DNA of 64,000 bases, taken from a bacterium. Its GTDB lineage: Bacteria > Zhuqueibacterota > Zhuqueibacteria > Residuimicrobiales > Krinioviventaceae. Under the pieces are notes generated by a model. The model ran no database searches, was not told the origin of the DNA, and saw only the letters and a list, made by a program, of their open reading frames with translations. Position numbers and translations under genes: made by a program. Shown here piece by piece: positions 8,792 through 19,324 of this stretch; the stretch's first letter is position 1; the number at the start of each line of letters is the position of its first letter. The stretch lies in assembly GCA_963675755.2 (NCBI GenBank), contig CAXXMD010000003.1, positions 3,232,001 to 3,296,000 of the forward strand. Reading direction: 5' to 3'.

Positions 8792-10555
8792 TTGAGTGAA
8801 ATTAATGTAATCAAAGAAAACCTGTTGAATGTAAATAAAAGTTTGATTGCTCTTACAACGGGGACCGAGAAAGAATTCCTGGATATTGGCGCCAAGCTTG
8901 CAGATTATAGTGAAAGATCTAATAAAATCCTGGATATTGCAAAATCTGCGACAGATCTAATTGCCGGCTCAGATATGAAAAATGTAATTCAAGAATTAGG
9001 TGAAATCTTGAACCGGATCAATCGTTATTTAGATTATAATTCTGAAGAACTGGATAATAAGATAAACCAGTTTAGTAAAATTTTGGAAGTTTCAGACAAA
9101 AATAGTTCCCCACTACAGGCACTAGAGAGAAAAACCATGGAACTTCGAATGCTTGGTGTTTCAACCCGTATCGAAAGTGCACATATTAATTCTGAAAATT
9201 CAAGTTTTGTTACATTGTCTAATGAAGTAAATCAATTATCTAATCAGATTGCTGGCAAGTTGGAGATGATAGAAAATGGATTGATGGATTCTTCTAGAAT
9301 CGTAAACAAAACATATAAAGAAGTTAATGAATTTAAATCAAAACAAGCCACATCTGCAATATCCATTTTTTCAAGAATCAATCAATGTATTGATGCGCTT
9401 GTAGTTAAACATGATCAATCTGTAAATATGGTTAATTCAATCCGTGATGATAATCAAAGAATAACCGATGGTGTGAATGGTATTGTAGGCTCTTTGCAGA
9501 TACATGATATAAGCAGACAAAAACTTGAACATGTTACCGAAGCTATTGATGATTTAGATCCTGATGGTATTGATACCCAACAGGAAATTGATAAAGAATA
9601 TATCATGCAAACTGCTGATGTGTGTAAGCTTCAGATTCAACAATTATATAATACCAGAATGGAAATTTTAGATGCTTTTCAATCCATTATTAGTAACGGT
9701 AACAATATTGCTTTAACAACTCGCCAAATGGCTTCAAATACTAGTAAAATGATGACAGCGTCAGATGAGAATAGCTCTGCTTTTTGCTTTGATGTTGAAA
9801 GTGGTATTGAAAGTGTAATTTCTTCATTACGAAATAATGCAAATATTATTCATGATCTTAGTCAAACGACCATGCAGATCTCTGGTTTGATTAATGAGAT
9901 GTCTGTTTTTATTAAAGATATTAAAGAGATCGGAACCAACATTACACTTATTGCCCTGAATGCTATAATTAATGCAGAGCATTTACATAAAGAAGGAGCG
10001 GCATTAAGTGTATTAGCTGATGCAATACAACAATTGTCTGTGAACACCAGACTTGATATTGAAAAGATTGCCGGCAATTTGGGAACGATAACTGAATTGG
10101 CTAAAAATCTAGCTTATCTGAATTCAATTGGCGATGAAAAACTCGAAATAGATACTGTAGTAGATGAAATGTCAATCAATCTCAATAATTTACTGCAAAA
10201 ATTAAACAATATGTTTACGAATAGCTCTAATTATTTGAGTCAAATTGAATCTGATGGAAATTCTTTATTTAATGATTTAGATGCTACAATGAACAGTATT
10301 TCTGTCCACCACAAATTAGATGCCAGTATAATTGATGCAATCAGCCTGCTTAATGCTGTTATTGATCAGGTCCAGAGAATGGTGCCTGAATATGACGGTC
10401 AATCCAGGCAGATCAATACCGATAATTTGTCATCAAGGTATACAATGCAATCAGAACGTTCAATTCATAATGCATTTGTTGATAATACCGTTCAAGATAT
10501 TGCAGATTTTTCAGAATCGGATGACGATTTGGGTGATAATATAGAGTTGTTTTAA
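8792..10555 (+). CDS. Soluble MCP-like chemotaxis protein
   Basis: No TM segment; two degenerate MCP hairpin tips (LGVSTRIESAH; LIALNAIINAEHL..EGAALSVLA); LQIHDISRQKLEHV; RYTMQSERSIH; acidic tail ending NIELF. Confidence 0.8.
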   Translation: MSEINVIKENLLNVNKSLIALTTGTEKEFLDIGAKLADYSERSNKILDIAKSATDLIAGSDMKNVIQELGEILNRINRYLDYNSEELDNKINQFSKILEVSDKNSSPLQALERKTMELRMLGVSTRIESAHINSENSSFVTLSNEVNQLSNQIAGKLEMIENGLMDSSRIVNKTYKEVNEFKSKQATSAISIFSRINQCIDALVVKHDQSVNMVNSIRDDNQRITDGVNGIVGSLQIHDISRQKLEHVTEAIDDLDPDGIDTQQEIDKEYIMQTADVCKLQIQQLYNTRMEILDAFQSIISNGNNIALTTRQMASNTSKMMTASDENSSAFCFDVESGIESVISSLRNNANIIHDLSQTTMQISGLINEMSVFIKDIKEIGTNITLIALNAIINAEHLHKEGAALSVLADAIQQLSVNTRLDIEKIAGNLGTITELAKNLAYLNSIGDEKLEIDTVVDEMSINLNNLLQKLNNMFTNSSNYLSQIESDGNSLFNDLDATMNSISVHHKLDASIIDAISLLNAVIDQVQRMVPEYDGQSRQINTDNLSSRYTMQSERSIHNAFVDNTVQDIADFSESDDDLGDNIELF

Positions 10556-10571
10556 ATAGAATGGAAAGTAT

Positions 10572-10856
10572 ATGATCAAGTATACGAAACGAGGAAAAAG
10601 CAGAGTAATTACTCTGAATCAAAGCATAGGGATTGAACAGGCTGATGAGCTATATAAAGCTTTGATTTCTTGTTATCAAAAAGCTGAAAAGATAAGCATA
10701 GATGTGAAAAATCTTGAAATAATAGATTTATCTGCTTTACAATTATTATATGCAGCTAAAAAAGCCTGTTCGCTAAAAGGGATTGATTTTTTATTTGATC
10801 CCAACCAGGCACCCTGTGTGCAAGAACAATTATTAAAGACGTGTATAGAGATATAA
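10572..10856 (+). CDS. STAS-domain protein
   Basis: IDVKNLEIIDLSALQLL STAS motif; positioned immediately before cheY. Confidence 0.75.
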   Translation: MIKYTKRGKSRVITLNQSIGIEQADELYKALISCYQKAEKISIDVKNLEIIDLSALQLLYAAKKACSLKGIDFLFDPNQAPCVQEQLLKTCIEI

Positions 10857-10872
10857 ATTAAGAGGCCTTTTT

Positions 10873-11238
10873 ATGTCAAAAACAATAATGACAGTAGATG
10901 ATTCCGCAAGTATAAGACAGATGGTGAGTTTTACTCTAAAAAGTGCCGGCTATATTGTGGTTGAGGCCGTGGATGGCAGGGACGCATTAAATAAAATCGA
11001 AAACACCAAGGTTGATCTGATATTAGCAGATTTGAATATGCCCAATATGGATGGCATAACTTTGATTAAAAATGTACGCAGCAATCCTGCTTACAAGTTT
11101 GTTCCCATTGTAATGTTGACAACAGAATCTCAAGCGGACAAAAAACAGGAAGGACGTGCCGCAGGAGCAACAGGTTGGATTGTAAAACCGTTTAAACCGG
11201 AACAGCTTGTTGCTGTTGTAAAAAAGGTATTGGGATAA
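10873..11238 (+). CDS. cheY: Chemotaxis response regulator CheY
   Basis: VDDS, ADLNMPNMDG, MLTTES, GWIVKPF; adjacent to cheA. Confidence 0.93.
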   Translation: MSKTIMTVDDSASIRQMVSFTLKSAGYIVVEAVDGRDALNKIENTKVDLILADLNMPNMDGITLIKNVRSNPAYKFVPIVMLTTESQADKKQEGRAAGATGWIVKPFKPEQLVAVVKKVLG

Positions 11239-11254
11239 AGTAAAGGTAAATCCA

Positions 11255-13336
11255 ATGTCGAATTATCAGGAAGTATTTCTTCAGGAAGCAAATGAGTTAC
11301 TCTATGAACTGGAATCTCAACTTTTAGAGTTGGAGCAAAATCCGGACGATCTTGATCTGGTTGGACGTATTTTTAGAGCATTGCATACCATTAAAGGTTC
11401 AGGTGCAATGTTTGGATTTGATAATGTTTCACAATTCACTCATGATCTTGAAAATATTTTTGATTTGATTCGAAACGAAAAATTAAAAGTCTCTCATGAT
11501 TTAATCGATCTTACTTTGAGATCACGGGATTATATGCAAAGGCTACTTGATGATAATGATGTGATAACCGTTGCATTAAATATCGAGGGGCTTAAGCTGA
11601 CTGAATCCATTCAAGCTTTATTACCCAAAAATGACAAAGATGATACCGAACCTTCCGCTAAATCGGATGAAACTATGCAGTTAGAAACGACGAATGCGGA
11701 TGAACCCAAAGTTTATTTTATCTCCTTTAAACCTTATCCTGATCTTTTTAAAATTGGTATCAACCCTGTTTTGTTACTCGATGAATTACGGGAAATGGGC
11801 GAGTATTATATTAAATCAAATATGGAACGATTACCAGATCTTGAAGAGATTGATCCCGAGTCCTGTTATACGGAATGGAATATTTTATTAAAAACAACAA
11901 ACGATAAAATGATAATACAGGATGTTTTTATCTTTGTTGAAGATGTAGCTGAGATCTCTGTTGTTGAATTGGGGGCGCACCCCGCATTGACACAGAATGT
12001 GCTGCAAAAAATGATTGACCAAATTCCATTCAAGACAAATTTGGAAAAATATGATTTAATGCAAATTGCAGATTCTTTGACTGAATCGAAAAAGAAACAA
12101 ACATCTACTGGTGGTGGAGTAGATACTTTGGTACAATCTGGAAAAGGACCAGAAGCAACAATTCGGGTTGCGTCTGATCGTTTAGATACGCTTGTAGATC
12201 TTGTAGGTGAGTTTGTAACCATGCAGGCACATCTTGCTCAACATTCTAAAAAAAGTCGTGATTCTGAAACACAATTAATGTCAGAGCAGATGGAACGCTT
12301 GACCAGCGAGTTGCGTGATAATGTGATGAGTTTGAGAATGCAGCCCATAGGCACTATTTTTGGTAAATTCAGAAGACTTGTGCGAGATTTATCATCTGAC
12401 TTGAACAAAGAAGTAAAATTGATTACCGAAGGTGAACAAACCGAATTAGATAAATCTGTTATTGAAAAATTGAATGATCCGTTAATGCATATCATCCGTA
12501 ATTCAATAGATCATGGAATTGAATTACCGGCCGAAAGATTAAATAAAGATAAATCAGAAGAAGGAACTGTCAGGCTTGTGGCTTCACATTCCGGTGCCAA
12601 TGTTGTTATTAAAATAATTGATGATGGAAAAGGTCTTGATAAAAACGCCATTTATGAAAAAGCATTAGAACGGTCTCTGGTAACCAAAGAATCAAGTTTA
12701 AGTGATAATGAAATATATCAGTTTATTTTTCATCCTGGATTTTCTACCAATACCGTTGTTACCAACGTGTCTGGACGAGGTGTTGGTATGGATGTTGTTA
12801 AAAAAGCCATTGATGCTTTAGGCGGAACGATAGAAATAAAAAGTGAGGCTGGCAAAGGCACAGAGATTTCTTTAATATTGCCTTTAACACTGGCAATTAT
12901 TGAAGGTCTGCTTGTTTCATTAGGAGATGATTATTTTATTTTACCTTTATCAATTGTTGATGAATGTGTAGAATTGATAAAAAGCAAGGATACTATTGAA
13001 GGGCGGCATTTAATTGATGTTAGAGGTCATATGGTGCCATATCTCCGGTTGCGTGAATACTTTGGAATGGAAAAGAGTACTTCCGGAATTGAGCAAGTTG
13101 TTATCGCAGAAATTAATTCAAATAAATTTGGTTTTGTGGTTGACAATGTTATTGGCGGCCACCAAACGGTTATTAAATCACTGGGGAAATTGTACAAAAA
13201 TATAGAAGGGATTTCAGGAGCTACAATTTTAGGTGATGGTTCAGTGGCTTTGATATTGGATTTAATAAAATTAGAGCAAGCGGCTCTTCAGCTTTATGAA
13301 GAAAATACAACAATTGTTGAATATGCAACGTATTGA
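11255..13336 (+). CDS. cheA: Chemotaxis histidine kinase CheA
   Basis: P1 RALHTIKG, HIIRNSIDHGIE, DDGKG, SGRGVGMDVV, C-terminal CheW-like domain. Confidence 0.97.
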   Translation: MSNYQEVFLQEANELLYELESQLLELEQNPDDLDLVGRIFRALHTIKGSGAMFGFDNVSQFTHDLENIFDLIRNEKLKVSHDLIDLTLRSRDYMQRLLDDNDVITVALNIEGLKLTESIQALLPKNDKDDTEPSAKSDETMQLETTNADEPKVYFISFKPYPDLFKIGINPVLLLDELREMGEYYIKSNMERLPDLEEIDPESCYTEWNILLKTTNDKMIIQDVFIFVEDVAEISVVELGAHPALTQNVLQKMIDQIPFKTNLEKYDLMQIADSLTESKKKQTSTGGGVDTLVQSGKGPEATIRVASDRLDTLVDLVGEFVTMQAHLAQHSKKSRDSETQLMSEQMERLTSELRDNVMSLRMQPIGTIFGKFRRLVRDLSSDLNKEVKLITEGEQTELDKSVIEKLNDPLMHIIRNSIDHGIELPAERLNKDKSEEGTVRLVASHSGANVVIKIIDDGKGLDKNAIYEKALERSLVTKESSLSDNEIYQFIFHPGFSTNTVVTNVSGRGVGMDVVKKAIDALGGTIEIKSEAGKGTEISLILPLTLAIIEGLLVSLGDDYFILPLSIVDECVELIKSKDTIEGRHLIDVRGHMVPYLRLREYFGMEKSTSGIEQVVIAEINSNKFGFVVDNVIGGHQTVIKSLGKLYKNIEGISGATILGDGSVALILDLIKLEQAALQLYEENTTIVEYATY

Positions 13337-13352
13337 GTAGATGGAGGAAAAC

Positions 13353-13835
13353 ATGTCAGAAGTTTTAACATTGGAACAAACTCAATACCTCAGCTTTTAT
13401 TTGGATGATGAACAATACGCTTTAGATATAACACAGGTTAGAGAGGTATTGGATGTAACAAAAGTAACAAAGGTACCCAAAACCCCGGACTATATGTTGG
13501 GGGTCATTAATCTTCGTGGTAGTGTTGTACCGGTAATAGATATGTGTCTTAAATTTGGTTTGCCCAAAATTGATATTACCCGAGATAGCTGTATTATTAT
13601 TGTTGAAGTTAAAGTCGAGGAAGATAAAGTCGTTTTAGGAGCACTGGCTGATTCCGTCAAAGAAGTGTTTGAACTGGGATCAGAAGAAATTGAAGCAGTA
13701 CCCAAAATGGGTACACGTTTGAAAACAGATTTTATTAAAGGTATGGGAAAATATAATGATGATTTTGTGATTATTTTAGATATTGATAAAATTTTTTCTA
13801 CCCAAGATCTAAGTCTGGTTCAAGAAGTAAATTAA
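13353..13835 (+). CDS. cheW: Chemotaxis coupling protein CheW
   Basis: GVINLRGSVVPVID; start chosen after the GGAGG RBS. Confidence 0.95.
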   Translation: MSEVLTLEQTQYLSFYLDDEQYALDITQVREVLDVTKVTKVPKTPDYMLGVINLRGSVVPVIDMCLKFGLPKIDITRDSCIIIVEVKVEEDKVVLGALADSVKEVFELGSEEIEAVPKMGTRLKTDFIKGMGKYNDDFVIILDIDKIFSTQDLSLVQEVN

Positions 13836-13865
13836 GCATAAATAAAGAAGTAAGGGGTAATAAAG

Positions 13866-15920
13866 ATGAATTGGAAAGACCTGAAATTAAGTGGAAAATT
13901 CGGTGTCGGGTTTGGGGTTGTGCTGGTATTGTTGGCCGTAGTTGGTGTATGGGCCATAATTGGAATTAGTGGAATTGTAACTAACGCAAGTGAAGTTATT
14001 GGTGGAAATAAACTCAAAGCGGAAATGGAAGGTAGAATTGTAGACCATTTAAACTGGGCGGAGGAATTAAACCGGTACATGTCTGACAAAACCATGACTA
14101 AAATGACAGTGCAAACTGATGCACATCAATGCGCTTTTGGTAAATGGTATTATAGTGATGCCCGTAAACAGGCTGAAGCATTGGTGCCTGAATTAAAAGA
14201 GGTTTTTACAGAAATTGAAGAGCCTCATACCCATTTACATGAATCTGCAATTGAAATTAATGATTTGTTTGTACGAGCAGATTTGGAGCTGGGAAATTTT
14301 TTACGAGAGAAAAAGACTGATCATTTAGCTTGGGCCCACAGTGTTAAAGATGTTTTTGTAAACACATCTCTAACTACGATAAACGCACAAATGGATCCTA
14401 CTCAGTGTTCTTTAGGAAAATGGATGTATTCAGATGAGGTAAAAGAATTAAAACGTCAATATCCTGAATTAGCTGAATATTTGGATGCTTTGGACAAGCC
14501 TCACAGGGAATTGCACAACAGTGCAAGAGAAATTCAAAAATTCCTCGGAAATAACAAAAGAACACAAGCAGCATCATTTTATATGGAGAATACAAGTCCT
14601 TTAGCCAGTGAATGTCTTACCAGAATAGATAAAATACTTGAATGGCAGGATGATAGAGTAGCGCAAATGAATGTTGCCAAAGATGTATATGTTGACAAAA
14701 CAAGTCCCAGTTTACATACTGTACAGTCGTTATTAACAAAAGCAGTTGACATTACAGATGAAAATGTAATGACTGATGATGAGATGCTCAGCGCTGCTGT
14801 TAATACCCGTACTGGTGTTATCATTTTTGGCTTACTAGCAATTCTGTTTGGAATAGGATTGGCAATTATCATTGCCAAAGGTATTATTAATCCTATTTCT
14901 AAAGGAGTTGATTTTGCCAGGATTGTATCTGAGGGCGATTTAACTGCTACAATTGATGTGAATCAAAAAGATGAGATTGGTTTGTTAGCTGCAGCTCTCC
15001 AAAATATGGTTGAGAAATTAAGCAATGTTGTTGCAGAGGTACGATCTGCATCAGATTATGTATCTTCCGGGAGTCTGGAATTAAGTTCAAGTGCCCAGGA
15101 ACTATCTCAAGGTGCCAGCGAGCAGGCTGCTGCAGCTGAAGAGGCATCTTCTTCCATGGAAGAAATGAGCTCAAATATTCAGGCTAATTCTGATAATGCT
15201 CAGCAGACTGAAAAAATTGCAATAAAAGCATCTCAGGATGCCGAAGCAAGCGGCAGGGCAGTTTCTGAAACTGTTCAAGCAATGAACGAAATTACCGAGA
15301 AAATATCTGTTATTGAAGAAATTGCAAGACAGACTGACTTGTTGGCATTGAACGCTGCTATTGAAGCTGCAAGGGCAGGTGAACATGGTAAAGGTTTTGC
15401 AGTTGTAGCAGATGGAGTTAGAAAACTTGCTGAACGCAGTCAACAAACCGCAGCAGAAATTAGTGATATTGCACGTTCAAGCGTTGATGTTGCACAAAAA
15501 GCCGGCGAAATGTTGGATCAACTGGTTCCGGATATTAAAAGAACTGCAGATCTGGTTCAGGAAATAAATGCTGCAAGTATTGAACAAACCGCAGGCGCTG
15601 AACAAATTAACAAAGCTATTCAACAGCTCGATCAGGTTATTCAGCAAAATGCATCTGCAGCTGAAGAAATGTCTTCTACATCTGAAGAACTTGCAGGTCA
15701 GTCAGAACAATTACAAAGCACAATAGATTTTTTCAAAGTAAATCAGCACACAACCCAACAGAGAATGACTGTCAAAGCCAAGGCCAAGGTCGCTCATATT
15801 AAAGGTGGGAAAAATGGTTCCAGCTCTAATGGGAATGGTGAACATTATTCCGGAGTTGATATAAATTTAGACATGTCTTCAGGTGGCGACAAGCTGGACA
15901 AAGATTTTGAAAGGTTTTAA
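13866..15920 (+). CDS. Methyl-accepting chemotaxis protein with tandem CZB domains, HAMP and signalling domain
   Basis: Two TM helices flanking two H...C.xGKW...H...H repeats; HAMP (DEIGLL); QTDLLALNAAIEAARAGEHGKGFAVVA; C-terminal DFERF pentapeptide. Confidence 0.93.
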   Translation: MNWKDLKLSGKFGVGFGVVLVLLAVVGVWAIIGISGIVTNASEVIGGNKLKAEMEGRIVDHLNWAEELNRYMSDKTMTKMTVQTDAHQCAFGKWYYSDARKQAEALVPELKEVFTEIEEPHTHLHESAIEINDLFVRADLELGNFLREKKTDHLAWAHSVKDVFVNTSLTTINAQMDPTQCSLGKWMYSDEVKELKRQYPELAEYLDALDKPHRELHNSAREIQKFLGNNKRTQAASFYMENTSPLASECLTRIDKILEWQDDRVAQMNVAKDVYVDKTSPSLHTVQSLLTKAVDITDENVMTDDEMLSAAVNTRTGVIIFGLLAILFGIGLAIIIAKGIINPISKGVDFARIVSEGDLTATIDVNQKDEIGLLAAALQNMVEKLSNVVAEVRSASDYVSSGSLELSSSAQELSQGASEQAAAAEEASSSMEEMSSNIQANSDNAQQTEKIAIKASQDAEASGRAVSETVQAMNEITEKISVIEEIARQTDLLALNAAIEAARAGEHGKGFAVVADGVRKLAERSQQTAAEISDIARSSVDVAQKAGEMLDQLVPDIKRTADLVQEINAASIEQTAGAEQINKAIQQLDQVIQQNASAAEEMSSTSEELAGQSEQLQSTIDFFKVNQHTTQQRMTVKAKAKVAHIKGGKNGSSSNGNGEHYSGVDINLDMSSGGDKLDKDFERF

Positions 15921-15928
15921 TTAAAATT

Positions 15929-15962
15929 AACTCTCCCTAAAATTTTTGGGGAGAGTTTTTTT
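15929..15962 (+). terminator. Rho-independent terminator inside the che cluster
   Basis: AACTCTCCCTAAA...TTTGGGGAGAGTT stem plus T tract. Confidence 0.8.
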
Positions 15963-15998
15963 GATTTTTGGTAGAGAACACATAAACAGGACCGACAA

Positions 15999-16826
15999 TT
16001 GTTTCAGTTAACATCCAAAGATTTCAGACGTCTGAGCACTTTTATTCAGGATGGATATGGAATAAAAATGCCAGATACAAAAATTACCATGTTGCAATCT
16101 AGATTGCAAAAAAGATTACGTTTGTTGGGTATGAATTCATTTTCTGATTATTGTGATATGATTTTTTCTTCTGAACAGGGGAAAAATGAATTGGTGCATA
16201 TGATCGATGCGGTCACAACAAACAAGACTGATTTTTTCCGTGAACCAGCTCATTACCAGTATTTGACCAATACTGCATTACCTGATTTGATTACTCGTAA
16301 GGAAAATAGAAATATCAATGTATGGAGTGCGGGGTGTTCGACTGGAGAAGAACCCTATACGTTGGCAATGGTGCTGGATGATTATTTGTACAATGAACAT
16401 TATACTTTTTCAATTTTAGCAACTGATTTATCATCGCGAGTGTTGGAAACAGCTCGAATGGCAATATATGATGAGAGTAAAGTTGCCCCGGTTCCTTATG
16501 AAATGAAAAAGAAATACCTGCTCAAAAGTAAGGATAGAACAAGTCAACAGGTAAGAATTGTACCGGAATTACGATCAAAGGTCCAATTTAAATCTTTGAA
16601 TTTTATGGATAGGGAATTTAGATCAATAAACACAACTTTTGATCTCGTATTTTGCAGGAATGTTATCATTTATTTTGAACGAGATATTCAGGCGGATATT
16701 ATTGGAAAACAGGTGAAATTTTTAAACCCCGGAGGTTATTTGTTTTTGGGCCATTCTGAAACATTGTTTGGTTTAGATTTGCCTTTAAAACTTGTAGCTC
16801 CAACGATTTACAAAAAAATCAGATAA
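15999..16826 (+). CDS. cheR: Chemotaxis methyltransferase CheR
   Basis: TTNKTDFFRE, WSAGCSTGEEPY, FCRNVIIYF, LGHSE. TTG start is uncertain. Confidence 0.95.
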   Translation: MFQLTSKDFRRLSTFIQDGYGIKMPDTKITMLQSRLQKRLRLLGMNSFSDYCDMIFSSEQGKNELVHMIDAVTTNKTDFFREPAHYQYLTNTALPDLITRKENRNINVWSAGCSTGEEPYTLAMVLDDYLYNEHYTFSILATDLSSRVLETARMAIYDESKVAPVPYEMKKKYLLKSKDRTSQQVRIVPELRSKVQFKSLNFMDREFRSINTTFDLVFCRNVIIYFERDIQADIIGKQVKFLNPGGYLFLGHSETLFGLDLPLKLVAPTIYKKIR

Positions 16827-16841
16827 TTACCAGAGATTGTT

Positions 16842-17912
16842 ATGAGAACCATTAAAGTTCTAGTTGTAGATGATTCTGCGGTTGTACGCCAGACCATGGA
16901 AAATATATTATCTTCTGATCCGGAAATTGAGGTTATAGGTACTGCGATAGATCCATATGTGGCAATTGAAAAATTACGACAGCAGGTCCCGGATGTTATT
17001 ACGCTGGATATAGAAATGCCAAGAATGGATGGGTTGACGTTTTTGAAAAAAATTATGTCTCAGCATCCTATCCCTGTGGTGGTTGTTTCCAGTCTTGCTG
17101 TTGATAATTCTGAAACCGCATTACGTGCTTTGGAATATGGTGCTGTTGATATCATCACCAAGCCCAAACTAGGAACTAAGCAGTTCCTTATGGAATCCAA
17201 AGTGCAATTGTGTGATGTTGTTAAAGCTGCCAGCAAGGCACGTCTTTCCAGGTTGAGTGAAAAATCCCGGGCAATAAGCCCTAAATTATCAGCAGATGTG
17301 ATCCTTCCCAAACCTGTAAAGCAGGGATTAATTGAAACTACTGAAAAAGTTGTGCTTGTTGGAGCATCAACAGGTGGAACTGAGGCTTTACGCGTGTTTT
17401 TAGAAGCACTTCCGCACGATACCCCCGGAATTGTGATTGTGCAGCATATGCCTGAACATTTTACCCGTGCATTTGCAGACCGTTTAAATAATTTGTGTAA
17501 CATCTCAATCAAAGAAGCCGAGAATAACGATACGGTTATCCGCGGCCGTGCTTTAATTGCGCCTGGTAATTTTCATACATTATTAAAGAGAAGCGGTGCA
17601 AGATATTATGTGGAAGTTAGAGAAGGCCCGCTGGTAAGCCGACACCGCCCATCTGTTGATGTATTATTTAGAAGTGGCGCTCGCTATGCCGGTCAGAATG
17701 CTGTTGGGATCATAATGACAGGTATGGGAAATGATGGTTCGGCTGGCATGTTGGAGATGAAAAACGCAGGGGCAATTAATATTGCGCAAGATGAAAAAAG
17801 CTGTATAGTTTTTGGAATGCCAAACGAAGCAATAAAAATAGGGGCCGTACATAAAACATTACCACTGGAATCTATTGCAGGTGCTATGATGAGCATTTGC
17901 AGGAACTCATAA
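16842..17912 (+). CDS. cheB: Chemotaxis methylesterase CheB (REC + esterase)
   Basis: [28 protein letters not shown]. Confidence 0.97.
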   Translation: MRTIKVLVVDDSAVVRQTMENILSSDPEIEVIGTAIDPYVAIEKLRQQVPDVITLDIEMPRMDGLTFLKKIMSQHPIPVVVVSSLAVDNSETALRALEYGAVDIITKPKLGTKQFLMESKVQLCDVVKAASKARLSRLSEKSRAISPKLSADVILPKPVKQGLIETTEKVVLVGASTGGTEALRVFLEALPHDTPGIVIVQHMPEHFTRAFADRLNNLCNISIKEAENNDTVIRGRALIAPGNFHTLLKRSGARYYVEVREGPLVSRHRPSVDVLFRSGARYAGQNAVGIIMTGMGNDGSAGMLEMKNAGAINIAQDEKSCIVFGMPNEAIKIGAVHKTLPLESIAGAMMSICRNS

Positions 17913-17934
17913 GTTTGCTGCCGGGAGGAACTAT

Positions 17935-18825
17935 ATGTCCCATTTATCAGATGATCAATTGTTAAAAGAGTTGGAAAACCGATTAAACGACCATAAAAAT
18001 ATGATCGCCAAAACCGGTTCTTTGATGGTTGAATTGGAATTATTAAATAAAAAGTTGATTGATTCAGAATCTTTAAAAAGTAATTTTTTATCAAATATTC
18101 GTAATGAAATTTTTAATCCCCTAAGTGTGATTTTGGGGTTGTCTCAAAATTTGATGGATAATTCCATTACTGATCCCCAAAAGATAAATGATATTGGATA
18201 TCTGCTTTTTAAAGAATCTTTTTCTTTACAGTTCCAGTTTAATAATATATTTCATGCAGCTGACCTTGAAGCGGGTGAATTTCAAATTGAACCTGTAAAA
18301 GTAGAGCTTGGCGCATTTATCCAATCTATTATTGAATCTTATGATCATCTATTAAAAGAAAAAAAGCTGGAATGTTGTATTGAAACGCAAAGTGAGGACA
18401 AGCAGTTTTTTGTATCAGATCCTGACAAGCTTTCAATTATTATTGTGAACCTGCTGGATAACGCTATAAAATTTAGTGAAATAGAAAGCAAGATTTTTCT
18501 AAATTATTCTGTAAAAGATAAAACATTATTATTGTCTATTCAAGATAGTGGTATTGGAATAGATAAAAAAGATCATTTAAATATTTTTGACAGATTCACA
18601 CAACTTGATTTTGGTTCTACAAAAAAACATCATGGTCATGGTTTGGGTTTATCACTGGTTAGAGAAATTGTAAAATTGATGGAAGGTGAGATCAAAGTAG
18701 AAAGTGAAACGGGAAAAGGCGCAAAATTTATTCTCATTCTTCCAGAGATTTTCATCGATCCTGATAAAGATTTATATTCATCGAGTTCAAATGAGGAATT
18801 TTTTGAGGCTGGTGAGATATTTTAA
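17935..18825 (+). CDS. Histidine-kinase-like protein lacking the phospho-accepting His
   Basis: H-box reads FLSNIRNEIFNPL; N, G1, F and G2 boxes intact (NLLDNAIKF, DSGIG, IFDRF, GHGLGL). Confidence 0.85.
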   Translation: MSHLSDDQLLKELENRLNDHKNMIAKTGSLMVELELLNKKLIDSESLKSNFLSNIRNEIFNPLSVILGLSQNLMDNSITDPQKINDIGYLLFKESFSLQFQFNNIFHAADLEAGEFQIEPVKVELGAFIQSIIESYDHLLKEKKLECCIETQSEDKQFFVSDPDKLSIIIVNLLDNAIKFSEIESKIFLNYSVKDKTLLLSIQDSGIGIDKKDHLNIFDRFTQLDFGSTKKHHGHGLGLSLVREIVKLMEGEIKVESETGKGAKFILILPEIFIDPDKDLYSSSSNEEFFEAGEIF

Positions 18826-19314
18826 ATGGTTGAGCAGTTAAAAACCGACAATTATTATTTGTACCCGGGAGCAATTTTTGCAGATACATCCCCACATGTT
18901 GTTACTACCGTATTGGGGTCTTGTGTTTCCGTTTGCTTATGGGACCCTGTGAATAGAATAGGTGGTATTAACCATTACATGCTGCCATTTTGGAATGGGC
19001 ATGGTTTGGCTACTCCTCGTTATGGAAGTATTGCAATAGAAAAATTGTTGGAAAAAATGTTTGAATTGGGCTGTAAAAAAGAAAATTTAATTGCCAAAGT
19101 GTTTGGAGGGGCTAAAGTTTTAAACACAAAATCAAATTATCTGGATATAGGTAACAATAATATCAATATTGCAAAAAGTATTTTAGCACAAAAGAATATT
19201 CAGATTTTAAGTAATAGTACCGGTGGGGAACAGGGACGAAAATTAAAATTTTATACCGAGAGTGGTGTTGTACTGATGAAATTCTTAAACAAGTCATATT
19301 CAGATACCCCATAG
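18826..19314 (+). CDS. cheD: Chemoreceptor glutamine deamidase CheD
   Basis: TTVLGSCVSVCLWD, GGINHYMLP, AKVFGGA, IGNNN. Confidence 0.95.
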   Translation: MVEQLKTDNYYLYPGAIFADTSPHVVTTVLGSCVSVCLWDPVNRIGGINHYMLPFWNGHGLATPRYGSIAIEKLLEKMFELGCKKENLIAKVFGGAKVLNTKSNYLDIGNNNINIAKSILAQKNIQILSNSTGGEQGRKLKFYTESGVVLMKFLNKSYSDTP

Positions 19315-19324
19315 GAGTCGTCTA

